Positions 1-10,738 are shown, numbered from the stretch's first letter. The stretch is 64,000 nucleotides of DNA from an uncultured Candidatus Rokubacteria bacterium (GCA_963789955.1 CAWBMV010000013.1:1-64000), one strand, 5' to 3'. The notes: generated by a model not told the origin, from the sequence alone. Made by a program: numbers and translations.

Positions 1-629
1 CCCTTGTAGTCGACCGCCGGGCGCTTCATCTCGAAGATCTCGTGGACGTGCGTGTAGAGGTGTCCGGCGAGACGTCCGACCGGCCGCAGCCGGTGCATGT
101 CGAGCCGCCCGCTCGCCGGATCGTAGACGTCGTCGCGCAGGTGCAGCTGGACGATCTCCCCGATCACGAGGTTACTCGGAAGATTGCCCACCGGGATGAT
201 CTGCACGAGGCGGCACTCCATGTTGATCGACGCGGCGGCGACGCGCGGCGCCTTCACCTTCAGGCTCGGCGCGGCCACCAGGTTCGCCTGCTCGAACTCG
301 TCGATTCCCGGCGCGTAGTCGCCGGAGGTCACGTTCATCTGCTCGGCCAGCGCGTCGTCCACCATGTTCACGACGAACTCGCGCGTGACTTCCACGTTAC
401 GCAACGTGTCCTTCTTGCCGCGCCCGCCGCCGGCCTCGGCGCGCGGTGAGGCCGAGAACGCGATGGTCGGCGGGTCGTGGGTGATCGCCATGAAGTAACT
501 GAACGGAGCGAGATTGGGGACGCCGCTGGCGTCCACGCTCGATACCCATGCGATCGGCCGCGGAACGACGCATCCGATCATGAGCTTGTACATCGCTTCC
601 GTGCCAATCGCTTTCGGATCGAGGTGCAT
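1..629 (-). CDS. Flavin reductase family protein (DIM6/NTAB-like); 3' end runs off the window
   Basis: Manual translation from ATG at 629: MHLDPKAIGTEAMYKLMIGCVVPRPIAWVSSVDASGVPNLAPFSYF...KKDTLRNVEVTREFVVNMV. PRPIAWV and NLAPFS are family motifs. GGGGAGG RBS upstream. Not in the ORF track because no stop falls within the window. Confidence 0.88.
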   Translation of the reverse strand, partial: MHLDPKAIGTEAMYKLMIGCVVPRPIAWVSSVDASGVPNLAPFSYFMAITHDPPTIAFSASPRAEAGGGRGKKDTLRNVEVTREFVVNMVDDALAEQMNVTSGDYAPGIDEFEQANLVAAPSLKVKAPRVAAASINMECRLVQIIPVGNLPSNLVIGEIVQLHLRDDVYDPASGRLDMHRLRPVGRLAGHLYTHVHEIFEMKRPAVDYK

Positions 630-721
630 GGGCCGAGCGACCTCCCCAGAAAGAACTGTGGTGCGTCGCGGCATTGTACCGCGAACGTGGATCGTGTAGC
701 CTCGCGGCGCCGGCGGGCGAC

Positions 722-2326
722 ATGCCTCCCACCAGACCCGACGTGGTAATCGTGGTTGCCGACGACATGGGCTATTCCGACCTCGGCTGCTACGGCGGCG
801 AGATCGCGACCCCGACCCTGGATCGACTCGGACGCGCCGGCGTGCGACTGACGCGCTTCTACAACACCACCCGCTGCAGCCCCTCACGCGCGTCGATGCT
901 CACGGGCCTCCACCCGCATCAGACCGGAATCGGGATTTTGACGAGTGACGATCGCCCCGAGGGGTATCGAGGGTCGCTCAACGAGCGGTGCCTGACCCTC
1001 GCGGAGATGCTGCGAGAGGCCGGCTACGCGACCTGCCTGAGCGGCAAGTGGCATCTGACGTCCGACGTGTGGAATCCGTCCGATGCCTGGCCGACGCGGC
1101 GCGGCTTCGATCGGTTCTTCGGCACGCTCTCGGGCTGTGGCAGCTATTACCGTCCGACGACGCTCACACGCGCCGAGCAGAACGCAGAGAGCGAGGCGGC
1201 GGCCCCGGGATTCTTCTACACCGACGCCATCACGGACGAAGCCGAGCAGTTCGTCCGGACGCACGCCACAGACGAGACGAATCGCCCCTTCTTCCTCTAT
1301 ACGGCGTACACCGCGCCGCACTGGCCGCTGCATGCGCCGGCCGACGATGTCGTGCGTTACCGCGGAACGTTCGATGCGGGATGGGATGAGCTCCGCGAAG
1401 CGCGCCTCAAACGGCTCGTGGCCGAGGGGGTCATGCCGGCAGGAACGACCCTGAGCGGCCGGGACCCGACTCAGCCGGCGTGGCGCGATGCGCCCGACCA
1501 GGCGTGGCAACTGGTCCGCATGCAGACGTATGCCGCGCAGATCGACCGGATGGATCGCGGCATCGCTCGGATCGTCGCGGCGCTCACCGAGACCGGTGCG
1601 CTCTCGAACACGCTCTTCTTCTTTCTGTCCGACAACGGTGCGAGCGCCGAGGGCTTGCCGATCGCGGATCCCGAAACCTTCCGCCATCGTCGTAGCATCG
1701 TGCCGCCCGTGACCTGGACCGGCGCCGCACTGCGCATCGGGAACTCGCCCGACATCGAGCCCGGCCCCGACGATACCTACTCGAGCTATGGGCGTGCGTG
1801 GGCGAATCTGTCGAACACGCCGTTCCGCTTCTACAAACGCTGGGTGCACGAGGGCGGCATCTCCACGCCGCTGCTCGTTCACTGGCCCGGCGGCGGCATC
1901 GAGCCGAACATCCTCCACACGCCGTTTCAGCTCACCGATATCGTTCCGACTGTGCTCGAGGCCGCCGGCGTCGCCTACCCGGCGAGATATCCCGGCCGCG
2001 AGCCGTTGCCGCTCGAGGGGCGCAGCATGCTTGCGGCACTGAGGGGCGGCACCGTCGAGCCGCGCACGCTCTACTGGGAGCATCTCGGCAACGCGGCGAT
2101 CCGGCGCGGCCGCTGGAAGCTCGTCCGGGAGCACCCGTTGCCGTGGGAGCTCTACGACATCGACGTCGACCGCGCCGAGCTCCACGATCAGGCGGCCAAG
2201 CGGCCCGACATCGTCGCCGAGCTCATCGAGGCGTGGGCCGCCTGGGCGAGTCGGGTCGGCGTCATTCCCTGGGAGCGCATCGTGGAGATCTACCGACGGG
2301 ACGGCAAGGGCGATCCCACAGGGTGA
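722..2326 (+). CDS. Arylsulfatase (Cys-type, formylglycine-dependent)
   Basis: ADDMGYSDLGCYGGEI, CSPSRASMLTG (CxPxR), GKWHL, YTAPHWPLHA and SDNG motifs. Start placed at the ATG at 722. Confidence 0.92.
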   Translation: MPPTRPDVVIVVADDMGYSDLGCYGGEIATPTLDRLGRAGVRLTRFYNTTRCSPSRASMLTGLHPHQTGIGILTSDDRPEGYRGSLNERCLTLAEMLREAGYATCLSGKWHLTSDVWNPSDAWPTRRGFDRFFGTLSGCGSYYRPTTLTRAEQNAESEAAAPGFFYTDAITDEAEQFVRTHATDETNRPFFLYTAYTAPHWPLHAPADDVVRYRGTFDAGWDELREARLKRLVAEGVMPAGTTLSGRDPTQPAWRDAPDQAWQLVRMQTYAAQIDRMDRGIARIVAALTETGALSNTLFFFLSDNGASAEGLPIADPETFRHRRSIVPPVTWTGAALRIGNSPDIEPGPDDTYSSYGRAWANLSNTPFRFYKRWVHEGGISTPLLVHWPGGGIEPNILHTPFQLTDIVPTVLEAAGVAYPARYPGREPLPLEGRSMLAALRGGTVEPRTLYWEHLGNAAIRRGRWKLVREHPLPWELYDIDVDRAELHDQAAKRPDIVAELIEAWAAWASRVGVIPWERIVEIYRRDGKGDPTG

Positions 2327-2362
2327 TTCGCGGGTGCCCCCGTAGGCGCAGCACATCGCGGC

Positions 2363-2391
2363 TTGACACAGTTTGAGGCGTCGGTTACCAG
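2363..2391 (+). promoter_or_regulatory. Possible sigma70-type promoter for the ABC operon
   Basis: Perfect TTGACA at 2363-2368, 17-nt spacer, weak -10 TACCAG at 2386-2391. Confidence 0.35.
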
Positions 2392-2433
2392 AGGGCGAAT
2401 GTTCGATTCGGTCAGCCAAAGGGAGAGCTTGGC

Positions 2434-3843
2434 ATGAGCAAGGCGAAAGGCGGGATGTCGCGGCGAAAACTGCTCCAGCTGGGCCTCGTCTCGGCGACCG
2501 CGACCCCGCTGCTGCTCCGCGCGAGTCGCACGACGGCGCAGACCGGCGGCGCGCAGCCGTCAGCCTCGAAGGCGGCGGGCGAGCTCAAGAATCCCGTCGA
2601 GTTCAAGGCGCCCAAGGTCAAGGCGAGCGTGCCGACCACCATCTCGTTCTGGCAATACGTCGGTTTTCACGTCGATGTGCAGAAGTTCATCGCGGAGGAA
2701 TACAAGAAGCGCCACGATCCGAACCTCTCGCTCGAGATCACCGCGTTCCCCGGGCTGAACGAGCAGCGAGTCGGGGTCAAGTCGGCGCTCGCGGCGCAAA
2801 GCCCCACGCCGGACATCATCGCGATCGAGCCGGGCGCCTATGCCGTCGACGTCTCCACGAGCGGCAGCGTGATCGACTTCACGAAGGTCTTCGCCGACGA
2901 TCCCGAATACAAGCGCGGCTTCTGGCCCAACGCGCTCGAGCTCCTGACGATCAACGGCGCGGTCGTGTCGGTACCCGCCGTCACCAACACGGTGATCGTC
3001 TACTACAACCGTGGCCTCTTCCAGCAGCACGGGCTCGAGGTCCCGAACACCCTGGACGAGCTGAAGAAGGTCGGCGCCGCCTTGAACGCCAAGGGAATCA
3101 TGCCGATCGCGTATCCGGCGGGACAGGACCGCAACTTCCCGATCTTCCCGTACTACACGTACCTGGGCGGCATCAAAGCCGACAAGCTGATGCGCGAGGC
3201 CGACCTCGGGCTCAAGCCGTGGACGAGCCCCGAGCTGGTCGCCGGGGCGGAGTTCGTCGAGATGATGGCGAAGTCGGGTATGTACGCGAAGGGCCCGCTC
3301 GGCATCAAGGAGCCGGACGCGATCCAGATCTTCGCCACGGGCAAATCAGCCATGTTCTGGGGCGGGCAATGGATGCGCCGCTCGATCCGCGCGGCGCTGC
3401 CGCCGAATTTCGATCTGGGCATCTTCCCCTTCCCCGCCGTCGTCGCCGGCGGCCACAAACCCGTGCTGAGCTCGGTCGGGATCACCCTCACGGTCAACGC
3501 GCGGAGCAAGCACCCGGAACTCGCATTCGAGATGGTCAAGGCCATCACCGGTGCCTGGGGGAAGATCGAGTACACGAGAAACCTCGGCCTCTCGCCGAAC
3601 GGGCCGATCAGCGCGGAGGCGATCGCCTACCAGATGCAATCGCTCAAGGATCCCCTCTATCCCGAGTTCCTCAAGCTCCAGCCGACCGGAACGACCCGGG
3701 TCATCTTCACGCCGGCCGTCGAGGAAGCGGTGACCCAGGGCATGCAGGCGCTCATCATCGGGTCGAAGGCTCCGAAGGCCGTGATGGAGTCCGTGGAAGC
3801 GGCCTCCCAGAAGGTCGGCGCTCGCAAGTTCCGAACGGGCTGA
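2434..3843 (+). CDS. Carbohydrate ABC transporter substrate-binding protein, Tat-exported
   Basis: SRRKLL twin-arginine signal. SBP family 1-like segments (PDII, IVYYNRGLF, FATGKSAM). Followed by two permeases. Confidence 0.88.
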   Translation: MSKAKGGMSRRKLLQLGLVSATATPLLLRASRTTAQTGGAQPSASKAAGELKNPVEFKAPKVKASVPTTISFWQYVGFHVDVQKFIAEEYKKRHDPNLSLEITAFPGLNEQRVGVKSALAAQSPTPDIIAIEPGAYAVDVSTSGSVIDFTKVFADDPEYKRGFWPNALELLTINGAVVSVPAVTNTVIVYYNRGLFQQHGLEVPNTLDELKKVGAALNAKGIMPIAYPAGQDRNFPIFPYYTYLGGIKADKLMREADLGLKPWTSPELVAGAEFVEMMAKSGMYAKGPLGIKEPDAIQIFATGKSAMFWGGQWMRRSIRAALPPNFDLGIFPFPAVVAGGHKPVLSSVGITLTVNARSKHPELAFEMVKAITGAWGKIEYTRNLGLSPNGPISAEAIAYQMQSLKDPLYPEFLKLQPTGTTRVIFTPAVEEAVTQGMQALIIGSKAPKAVMESVEAASQKVGARKFRTG

Positions 3844-3856
3844 GGCGCGGGGTCCA

Positions 3857-4765
3857 GTGCTGTCCATCGCCGCCCGACGCAGCTGGCGGCGTCACGCGGC
3901 GGGCTACGCGTTCGCGGGACCGGCCCTCGTGATCCTCGCGGCGTTCCTCGTGTATCCGATCGGCTACTCGGTGTGGCTCAGCGTTCACGAGTGGGACGGC
4001 TACACGCCGCGCTGGGGCCCGTTCGTCGGCCTCGAGAACTATCGCGCGCTGGCCGGTGACGAGGTGTTCTGGCGGGCCACCGTGAACTCCGTCGTCTTCG
4101 TCGCCGTGCGAACTCCGCTCGAGGTCGGGCTCGGGTTCCTGCTCGCACTTCTGCTGAACCGCCGGCTCGTCGCGCGATCGTTTCTGCGCACGCTCTTCTT
4201 CGTGCCGGTCGTCATGTCGCTCATCGTCGTCACACTCATCTTTCAGCGCATCTTCGAGCCCAACACCGGGCTCCTCAATACGTTTCTTCTCGCCGTCGGT
4301 CTCGGCGCCTGGGCGCATCCCTGGCTCGGGGATCCGGCCACCGCGCTCTCGGCGGTCATCGCGGTCAGCGTGTGGAAGAACGTGGGCTTCAGTCTCGTGA
4401 TTCTGCTGGCGGGGCTTCAAAGTCTGCCGCAGGACGTCGTGGAAGCCGCCCGGGTGGACGGCGCCAATGCCTGGCAGCTCACCCTGCGCGTGATCACGCC
4501 GCTGATGCGCCCGATCCTCGCGCTCACGGCGCTCCTGTCGATCATCGGAGGCCTGAAGGTCTTCGACCTCGTCTTCATCATGACCCGCGGCGGCCCGACG
4601 TACTCCACCGAGGTGCTCGCGACCATGCTCTATCGCGAGGCCTTCGAGCTGAACCACATGGGCATCGCCTCCGCGGTCGCGGTGATCCTGGTCGCGCTCG
4701 TGCTGTCGATCGCTCGAGTCCAGACGTACGTGCTGAACGAATCGCGGGAAGGCGGCCGGGCGTGA
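3857..4765 (+). CDS. Carbohydrate ABC transporter permease
   Basis: FVGLENY, EAA loop (LQSLPQDVVEAARVDGA), TRGGP; multiple TM segments. Confidence 0.92.
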   Translation: MLSIAARRSWRRHAAGYAFAGPALVILAAFLVYPIGYSVWLSVHEWDGYTPRWGPFVGLENYRALAGDEVFWRATVNSVVFVAVRTPLEVGLGFLLALLLNRRLVARSFLRTLFFVPVVMSLIVVTLIFQRIFEPNTGLLNTFLLAVGLGAWAHPWLGDPATALSAVIAVSVWKNVGFSLVILLAGLQSLPQDVVEAARVDGANAWQLTLRVITPLMRPILALTALLSIIGGLKVFDLVFIMTRGGPTYSTEVLATMLYREAFELNHMGIASAVAVILVALVLSIARVQTYVLNESREGGRA

Positions 4766-5640
4766 GCACCGTCGTTGCCGGCGCGTCCGTCGCCCGCCGG
4801 CAGGCGCGGCTCGGTCGCGGCGCGCGCCTGAGCCGGGCCGGCATCTGGGTGGTGCTGCTCGGCGCGCTGGCCCTGTCCGTCGCGCCGGGCGTCTACATGC
4901 TCAGCCTTTCCTTCATGGACAACCCGCAGCTCTTCGCCGGGCGCCTCGTGCCCTGGCCGCCGCATCCCGAGAACTATCCGCGCGCGTGGGTGGCCAGCAA
5001 CATCGGCCGGCTCTACTGGAACAGCATCTACGTGTCGACCGCGTCGATGGTCGCGACGCTCGCGATCTCGGCGCTGGCCGGCTACGGCCTGGGCCGGATT
5101 CGCTTCGCCGGTCGCGGCATCGTGTACGGCGTCGTGCTCATCGGCCTCACGATCCCGCTCCAGATCGCGCTGATCCCGCTCTTCATGAATCTCAGAACGC
5201 TCGGCCTGCTCAACACGCCCTTCGCGCTGATCGGGCCGTACACCGGCTTCGGGCTGGCCTTCGGGACTTTCATCATGAAGGGATTCTTCGAGGGGCTACC
5301 GCGGGAGCTCGAGGAAGCGGCACGGCTCGACGGCGCCGGCGAGTTCCGGATCTTCGCGCGGGTCATGCTGCCGCTCACGCGCCCGGCGCTCGCGACGGTC
5401 GCGATCTTTCTCTTTCTACAGAACTGGAACGAGTTCCTGTTCGCGCTGACCTTCATCACCGAGGGGCGCATGCGCACGCTCCCCACGGGGATCTATGCGC
5501 TGCTGTCGAGCGAGTTCTACGGGAACTACCCGCTCCTGGCGGCGTCGCTCGTGCTGTTCTCGGTGCCGGTGCTCGTGCTCTACTTCGTGTTCCAGCAGCA
5601 GTTCGTGGAGGGATTGACGGCGGGCGCCCTGAAGCACTGA
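4762..5640 (+). CDS. Carbohydrate ABC transporter permease
   Basis: GTGA start/stop overlap with the previous gene. LPRELEEAARLDGA, WNEFLFAL, C-terminal FVEGLTAGALK. Confidence 0.92.
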   Translation: MSTVVAGASVARRQARLGRGARLSRAGIWVVLLGALALSVAPGVYMLSLSFMDNPQLFAGRLVPWPPHPENYPRAWVASNIGRLYWNSIYVSTASMVATLAISALAGYGLGRIRFAGRGIVYGVVLIGLTIPLQIALIPLFMNLRTLGLLNTPFALIGPYTGFGLAFGTFIMKGFFEGLPRELEEAARLDGAGEFRIFARVMLPLTRPALATVAIFLFLQNWNEFLFALTFITEGRMRTLPTGIYALLSSEFYGNYPLLAASLVLFSVPVLVLYFVFQQQFVEGLTAGALKH

Positions 5641-5675
5641 GGCCTCGGGGCGCCCGCCCGCAACGCAGTCGCCTG

Positions 5676-7145
5676 CTAGTTCACCGTCACGAACTGCTGC
5701 CCGTGCGCCAGCTCAGCCGCCGCCGCCTGGGCCACCCGGGTGCCCTCGAAGAACTTCGGGTTCTGCGTGCCCCAAAGGTGAACGGTGTTGGCGAAGACGA
5801 AGTCGCGGAAGTTGTCCGGCGTGATGCACCCATCCTCGACCAGCTCGTACGCCTCCGGTAGCGGGTTGCGCATGTCGATCACGTCGAAGTGGCCGATGTC
5901 CGAGCTGTAGAGCGCGTTGAGCTTGGTGGTGAACGGATTGTTCTTGCTGAAGGCCCACGCGGTGGCCCGGTCGTCGGCCTCGCAGCCGAAGAAGAATGGC
6001 TTGGCGTACAGATCGATCCAGTCCTGCTTCCTGGTGATCTTGCAGGCGGAGAAGTCGTCGAGATCCTCGATGCCGCCCGTCAGGCTCGGATCGTGGTCCG
6101 GCCAGCCGTCCGTCTTCCTCAACGACTCGGCCACGTCAGGGTCGCCGTACTTCTCGGCCAGGCTCATCAAGAGGGCGCGATCGAGCTTGCGCGGGTCCAT
6201 GTTCTCCAGCGCCTTGCGGTTACGCCGCTCCCAGTGCTCCATCAGGTCGCCGAACATCTGGCAGGCCCAGCCCACGCCGCCCTCGAGGAAGGCGAAGCGA
6301 AGCTCCGGGAACCGCCGCGTCACGCCGCCCAGGAAGATCGCCTTGGACACCGCGTGGCCGGCGGCCGCGAAGTGGCCGATGTGGTTGTAGACGAAGTTCG
6401 AGGGCGAGTTCCTGAGCCCCTGGTTGCTCCCCGCGCTGTGGAAGGTTGGCGCGATGCCGAGCTCACGGCACTTGGCCCAGACCGGGTCGTAGTTGTAGTC
6501 GCTGTCGATCGCGAGGACGTCGTACCAGACGGCCATCCGCGTCCCGTCGGGATCGCTCTGCGGGCTCGACGGCACCTTCCGAGACATGCCGCTGCCGAAC
6601 ATGCCGACCTTCGAGCCGAGCTGCTTGGTGACGAACTCGAGCTCCTCGATCGCCTCCTCGGGCGTGTGCATCGGGATGATCGCGGCCGGCGTCATCCGGT
6701 CGCTCAGCTTGCGGAAGTAGTCCGCGGTGACGATGTTGTGCGCGCGCACCACCGCGCGGCGGGTGGCATCGTCGCTGATGCGCGGCACGCGCAAGCCGGC
6801 GGTCGGATAGATGATCGCGAAGTCGCAGCCGAACTCGTCCAGGCGCTCGTAGAGGAGGCGCGGCATCATCGCGGTCGCGCGATCGAGGGTGTTGCCCGCT
6901 TGGCGGGTCCAGAAGCCGGGCTGGGCGACACGCCGGCGCCGCCGCTCGGCGAGCGACATGCTCAGCGCGTCTTGCGTGGTCTTCAGCGCGGCGAGGAAGC
7001 CCTCGGCGGCCCTGTCGCCGCCGACCTTTCGCATCCGCTCGGCGAAGACGGGGTCGAACTCGACCCAGTGGCCGTCACCGTCGATGACCGGATGGTCCAC
7101 GCGAGACCGGATCTGTGCCGCCGACTGATGTCCTCCAGCGCTCAT
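5676..7145 (-). CDS. Amidohydrolase family protein (Amidohydro_2)
   Basis: VIDGDGH, YDPVWAKC, RRFPELRFAFLEGGVGW, YSSDIGHFD. GAGGAG RBS before the ATG at 7145. Confidence 0.85.
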   Translation of the reverse strand: MSAGGHQSAAQIRSRVDHPVIDGDGHWVEFDPVFAERMRKVGGDRAAEGFLAALKTTQDALSMSLAERRRRRVAQPGFWTRQAGNTLDRATAMMPRLLYERLDEFGCDFAIIYPTAGLRVPRISDDATRRAVVRAHNIVTADYFRKLSDRMTPAAIIPMHTPEEAIEELEFVTKQLGSKVGMFGSGMSRKVPSSPQSDPDGTRMAVWYDVLAIDSDYNYDPVWAKCRELGIAPTFHSAGSNQGLRNSPSNFVYNHIGHFAAAGHAVSKAIFLGGVTRRFPELRFAFLEGGVGWACQMFGDLMEHWERRNRKALENMDPRKLDRALLMSLAEKYGDPDVAESLRKTDGWPDHDPSLTGGIEDLDDFSACKITRKQDWIDLYAKPFFFGCEADDRATAWAFSKNNPFTTKLNALYSSDIGHFDVIDMRNPLPEAYELVEDGCITPDNFRDFVFANTVHLWGTQNPKFFEGTRVAQAAAAELAHGQQFVTVN

Positions 7146-7244
7146 ATGCTCTCTCCTCTCAGGGGCTGCCGATGAGCCATTCGCGGCTGTTGGCGCCAAC
7201 TTTAGTCCACCTTCGACCCGGAGCCAAGCCGATTGCAAAACCCC

Positions 7245-9601
7245 TCAGAACTCCTTCTTCAGCCCCCCGAAGAAGCCCCGCGGCGGCCCGAATTGCTTGG
7301 CGAAGATACCGACCCCGGTGCCGTCGCGCAGAACGTAGTCCTGACCGAGCACGTTGATCACGTCGAATCGCGCTTCCATCTGGCCGATCGCCGGCAGCTT
7401 GAACCGCTGCGCGATGCCCAGATCGAGCTGCTGATAGGGCGGGTTCGTCGAATCGTTGGGATGGCGCACCGTGCGCCTGAGGCCGCTGCCGGCCACGAAA
7501 TCGAGGCTCATGCGCGTCTGCCGCCAGAGGTAGGCGAGGCCGCCCGACGCGGTGATCTGCTGGCTGTGGTCGGTCACGATGTAGTGATCGTGGATGTAGG
7601 CCAGGTCATCGGCGTCGAAGAGCGCCTGCGCCGACACGATGCCCTTGGCGACCTGCTGCGCGGCGGCGAGATTGCCGTAGGCGGAGAACCCGCCCACCGT
7701 GTACGACGCGGTGAGCTCGACCCCGTAGTTGATCGCGGTGTGGTAGTTGAACGGCGTCAGGAACGTCGGCGCGCCGAACTGGCCTTCGTCCAGGTGGTAC
7801 TGCGAGTACTTGTAGTAACCGTCGAGGCCGACCTTGAGGCCGGGGATGATCTGCTGCGTGATGCCCGCGTCGACGTAGTGGGCCCGCTCGGCGCGCACCG
7901 TCGAGTTGACCGGCACGGACGCGGCCGCGGTGGTGTCGTCGAACTTGGCGATGCTCGTCGTCGAGACGAACTCCTGCCGAGGCGGCGTGAAGTAGCGCGC
8001 ATAGCCCGCGTGCAGGGTCGTGGACTTGGTCGGTGTCCAGGCGACATTCAGGCGCGGGCTGAGCTGCCACTCGCTGGTGAACGCCTCGAGCCCGTCGATA
8101 CGCAGCCCGCCGTTGACCGTGACGGTCGGGATCACCTTCCAGGCGTCTTGCAGATAGATGCTGTACGTGTAGCCGGTCTGGCCGTGGCTGTCGAAGATGC
8201 TGAACGGCTGATCCGAGGTCTGCACGCCGTTGGTCGCCGGCAGACACCGACGAGGTCGTCTGCACGCTGGTGATCTCCGCGGCGAGATAGACGCCGCCGC
8301 TCAGCGTGTGGCTCGGGGTGAGGACGTACGTGCCGTCGATCTGAAGCCCCGTCGCGATGCTGCTCCGGTCGACCCGTTGCGCGATGCCGTTGAAGAGCAG
8401 ATCGCCGGTCGGATCGGGACGGAACGACATCTTGCTGTAGCGCGCGAACGTCGCCGCCTGGAAGCTCAGATCGCCCGACTTCTTGAAGTAGGACAGGACC
8501 AGGAAATAGTTCTGCTCGCGCTGGTTCTCGTCGAGCTTCGTCGAATCGAACTCCGAGACCCCGTTGACGGTGAACTCCGGCGTGACACCCGGGCGATTGG
8601 GAATCTGGAACCGGCCGACGAAGCCGCCGGCGATCGCGCTGACCTTGCTGGTGGCGTCCAGGATGAATTCGAAGTAGCCGAAGGCGGCGCCTTGCTGCGT
8701 GTCGTCGTGGATCGCGCCGTTCGGCGTGGCCGGCGAGATGCCGATGCTGTTCTGGAGATAGTCGGCGGTCACGAAGTAGTTGAGCCGGCCGATCGGTCCC
8801 GCGATACTCCATGCTCGGCTGGAGCCAGCCGTGGCTGCCGCCGTACATGCTCACGTAGCCGCCCGGATCGAAGGCGCCGCTCTTCGTCTGGATGTCGAAG
8901 ATCCCGGTGGTGCGCAGCCCGTACTCGGCGGGCAGCGCGCCGGTGAGCAAGGTGATCGAGCTGGCCAGGCGCGGGCTCAGGCCGCCGGCCTGGGCGAACA
9001 AGGTCGCGCCCTCCGGCAGCACGATGCCGTTGATGCGGTACTGCACGTTGCCCATCTGCTCGCGCACGTGAATGCCGCCCGCGCTCGAGGAATCCTGCGT
9101 GACACCCGGCGCCTGCAGCAGCACCCGAGGCAGCGGATTGTTCTCGCCGCCGGGCTGGTTCTCGATCGCCTGACTGCTGATCTCGTAGGTCGACGCGCCG
9201 ATGCGCGGCTGCACCTTGATCCGCTCTTCTTCCAGCCGCTGGGCCGTCACGCGCACGTCGAGCGGCAGCCGCGAGGCGAGAGTCAGATCGACGCTCGCGC
9301 CCTCCGCGTCGGTCACGGTCACGCTCGCGGTCGTCGGCTCGAAACCTTCACCCTCCGCCACCACCGTGTACCGGCCCGGCGCGACCCCGGTGAAGGTGAA
9401 GCGCCCCTGATCGTCGGCGGTCACCCGGTCCGTCACGCGCCCGTCGCCCGTCTCGAGTCGCACGCGCGCGGCCGGGAGCGGGCGCTCGAACGCGTCCTTG
9501 ACGACCCCGGTCACCTCGCCGGCCGGCGGCGCCGCCGCCACGATCGAGGCGGCGACCGCGACCAGCAACGGCCCGATCGTCGAAGCGGACCACCAGCGCA
9601 T
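7245..9601 (-). CDS. TonB-dependent receptor with N-terminal carboxypeptidase-regulatory-like domain; frameshifted near 8790 and 8240 (probably sequencing indels)
   Basis: Signal peptide, GVVKDAFERPLPAARV domain, plug region (LLQAPGV, QYRINGI), YLQDAWK, GLRID, SPRLN and a terminal Phe. Pieced together from three overlapping ORFs. Confidence 0.88.
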
Positions 9602-9678
9602 GAACGCCCTCGCGAAGCACTGCGGTGAGCTACGAGCGCGGCCGCGACGGCCGCCGTGTCAGCTCGAAGGTCGAAGGA

Positions 9679-9960
9679 TCAGGCGCGAGGCGGGGCGCGA
9701 GGCGTGTCGGGCGCCGCCGCGTGGCTGAACGCGGCGACGGCGAGGGCGACACGTGAACGTTCGGGCGTGGGCTCGACCGACACGTCCTGACGCGCCAGGG
9801 TCGGCGTGATGGCCACCGAATGTGCGGCGTCCTGCTGGAGGAGGCAATCGGGACTGCAGAAGCCGGCGACGCTCCGGTCCTCGTCGAAGCCCGGTGGAAG
9901 GCTCGCGACGACCAGCGCAGCGGCCAGCAGCAGCACGACAGCCCGGCCGAGGAGGCGCAT
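9679..9960 (-). CDS. Leader peptide with signal-like N-terminus, CxxxC and C-terminal RAPP motif (DUF2946/CruR-like)
   Basis: MRLLGRAVVLLLAAALVVASLP...GFCSPDCLLQ...PDTPRAPPRA*. Ends 77 nt upstream of the TonB receptor on the same strand. Confidence 0.75.
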   Translation of the reverse strand: MRLLGRAVVLLLAAALVVASLPPGFDEDRSVAGFCSPDCLLQQDAAHSVAITPTLARQDVSVEPTPERSRVALAVAAFSHAAAPDTPRAPPRA

Positions 9961-10051
9961 GGGCGCGACGATAGTGGAAGAAGCCCGGCCCCTGGTCAAG
10001 GAATTGGTTGGAGTACACTCTACCGACTCGAACACGCTGGAGGGACCGCCG

Positions 10052-10738
10052 ATGGCCGGGACACGCCCCGCTGACGTCCACCCGCCCTACCTCTACCCCG
10101 ACTACAGGAGCACGCGCCTGCGCGCGCCGGCGCAGCCGCTCGTGCGTGTGGCGCCGAGCCCGCTCGAGGCCGCCGGCCCCGCGTTCCCGAAGACCTTCGT
10201 GAAGGAGAGCGAGGCCGACCTGACGACGTGGGGCACGAGCGCGCCCCTCGGCGAGAAGATGGTGCTGGTCGGTCGCGTGCTCGACGAGGGTGGCCGGCCG
10301 GTCCGGCGCTCGCTCGTCGAAGTGTGGCAGGCCAACGCCTCCGGGCGCTATCCCCATCCGGTCGACGACCACGATGCGCCGCTCGATCCGAACTTTCTCG
10401 GCAAGGGCCAGGTGCTCACGGACGACGAGGGCCGCTACCGGGTCGTGACGGTCAAGCCCGGCGCCTATCCGTGGCAGAATCACGCCTTCGCGTGGCGCCC
10501 GGCGCACATCCATCTTTCGCTGTTCGGCAACGCGTACGCGCAGCGGCTCATCACGCAGATGTTCTTTCCCGGCGATCCCCTGCTCGCCATCGATCCGATC
10601 TTCCAGAGCGTGCCGGAAGCCGGACGCCGGCTGTTGATCGCGGATCTCGATCTCGAGCACGGCGTCGAGGGTGTCGCGCTCGGCTACCGGTTCGACATCG
10701 TGTTGCGCGGGCCGGGCGCCACGCCGATGGGGGTCTAG
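10052..10738 (+). CDS. pcaH: Protocatechuate 3,4-dioxygenase beta subunit
   Basis: HPPYLYPDYRST, EVWQANASGRY, PGAYPWQNH, WRPAHIHLS, RLITQMFF. GGAGG RBS. Confidence 0.95.
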   Translation: MAGTRPADVHPPYLYPDYRSTRLRAPAQPLVRVAPSPLEAAGPAFPKTFVKESEADLTTWGTSAPLGEKMVLVGRVLDEGGRPVRRSLVEVWQANASGRYPHPVDDHDAPLDPNFLGKGQVLTDDEGRYRVVTVKPGAYPWQNHAFAWRPAHIHLSLFGNAYAQRLITQMFFPGDPLLAIDPIFQSVPEAGRRLLIADLDLEHGVEGVALGYRFDIVLRGPGATPMGV

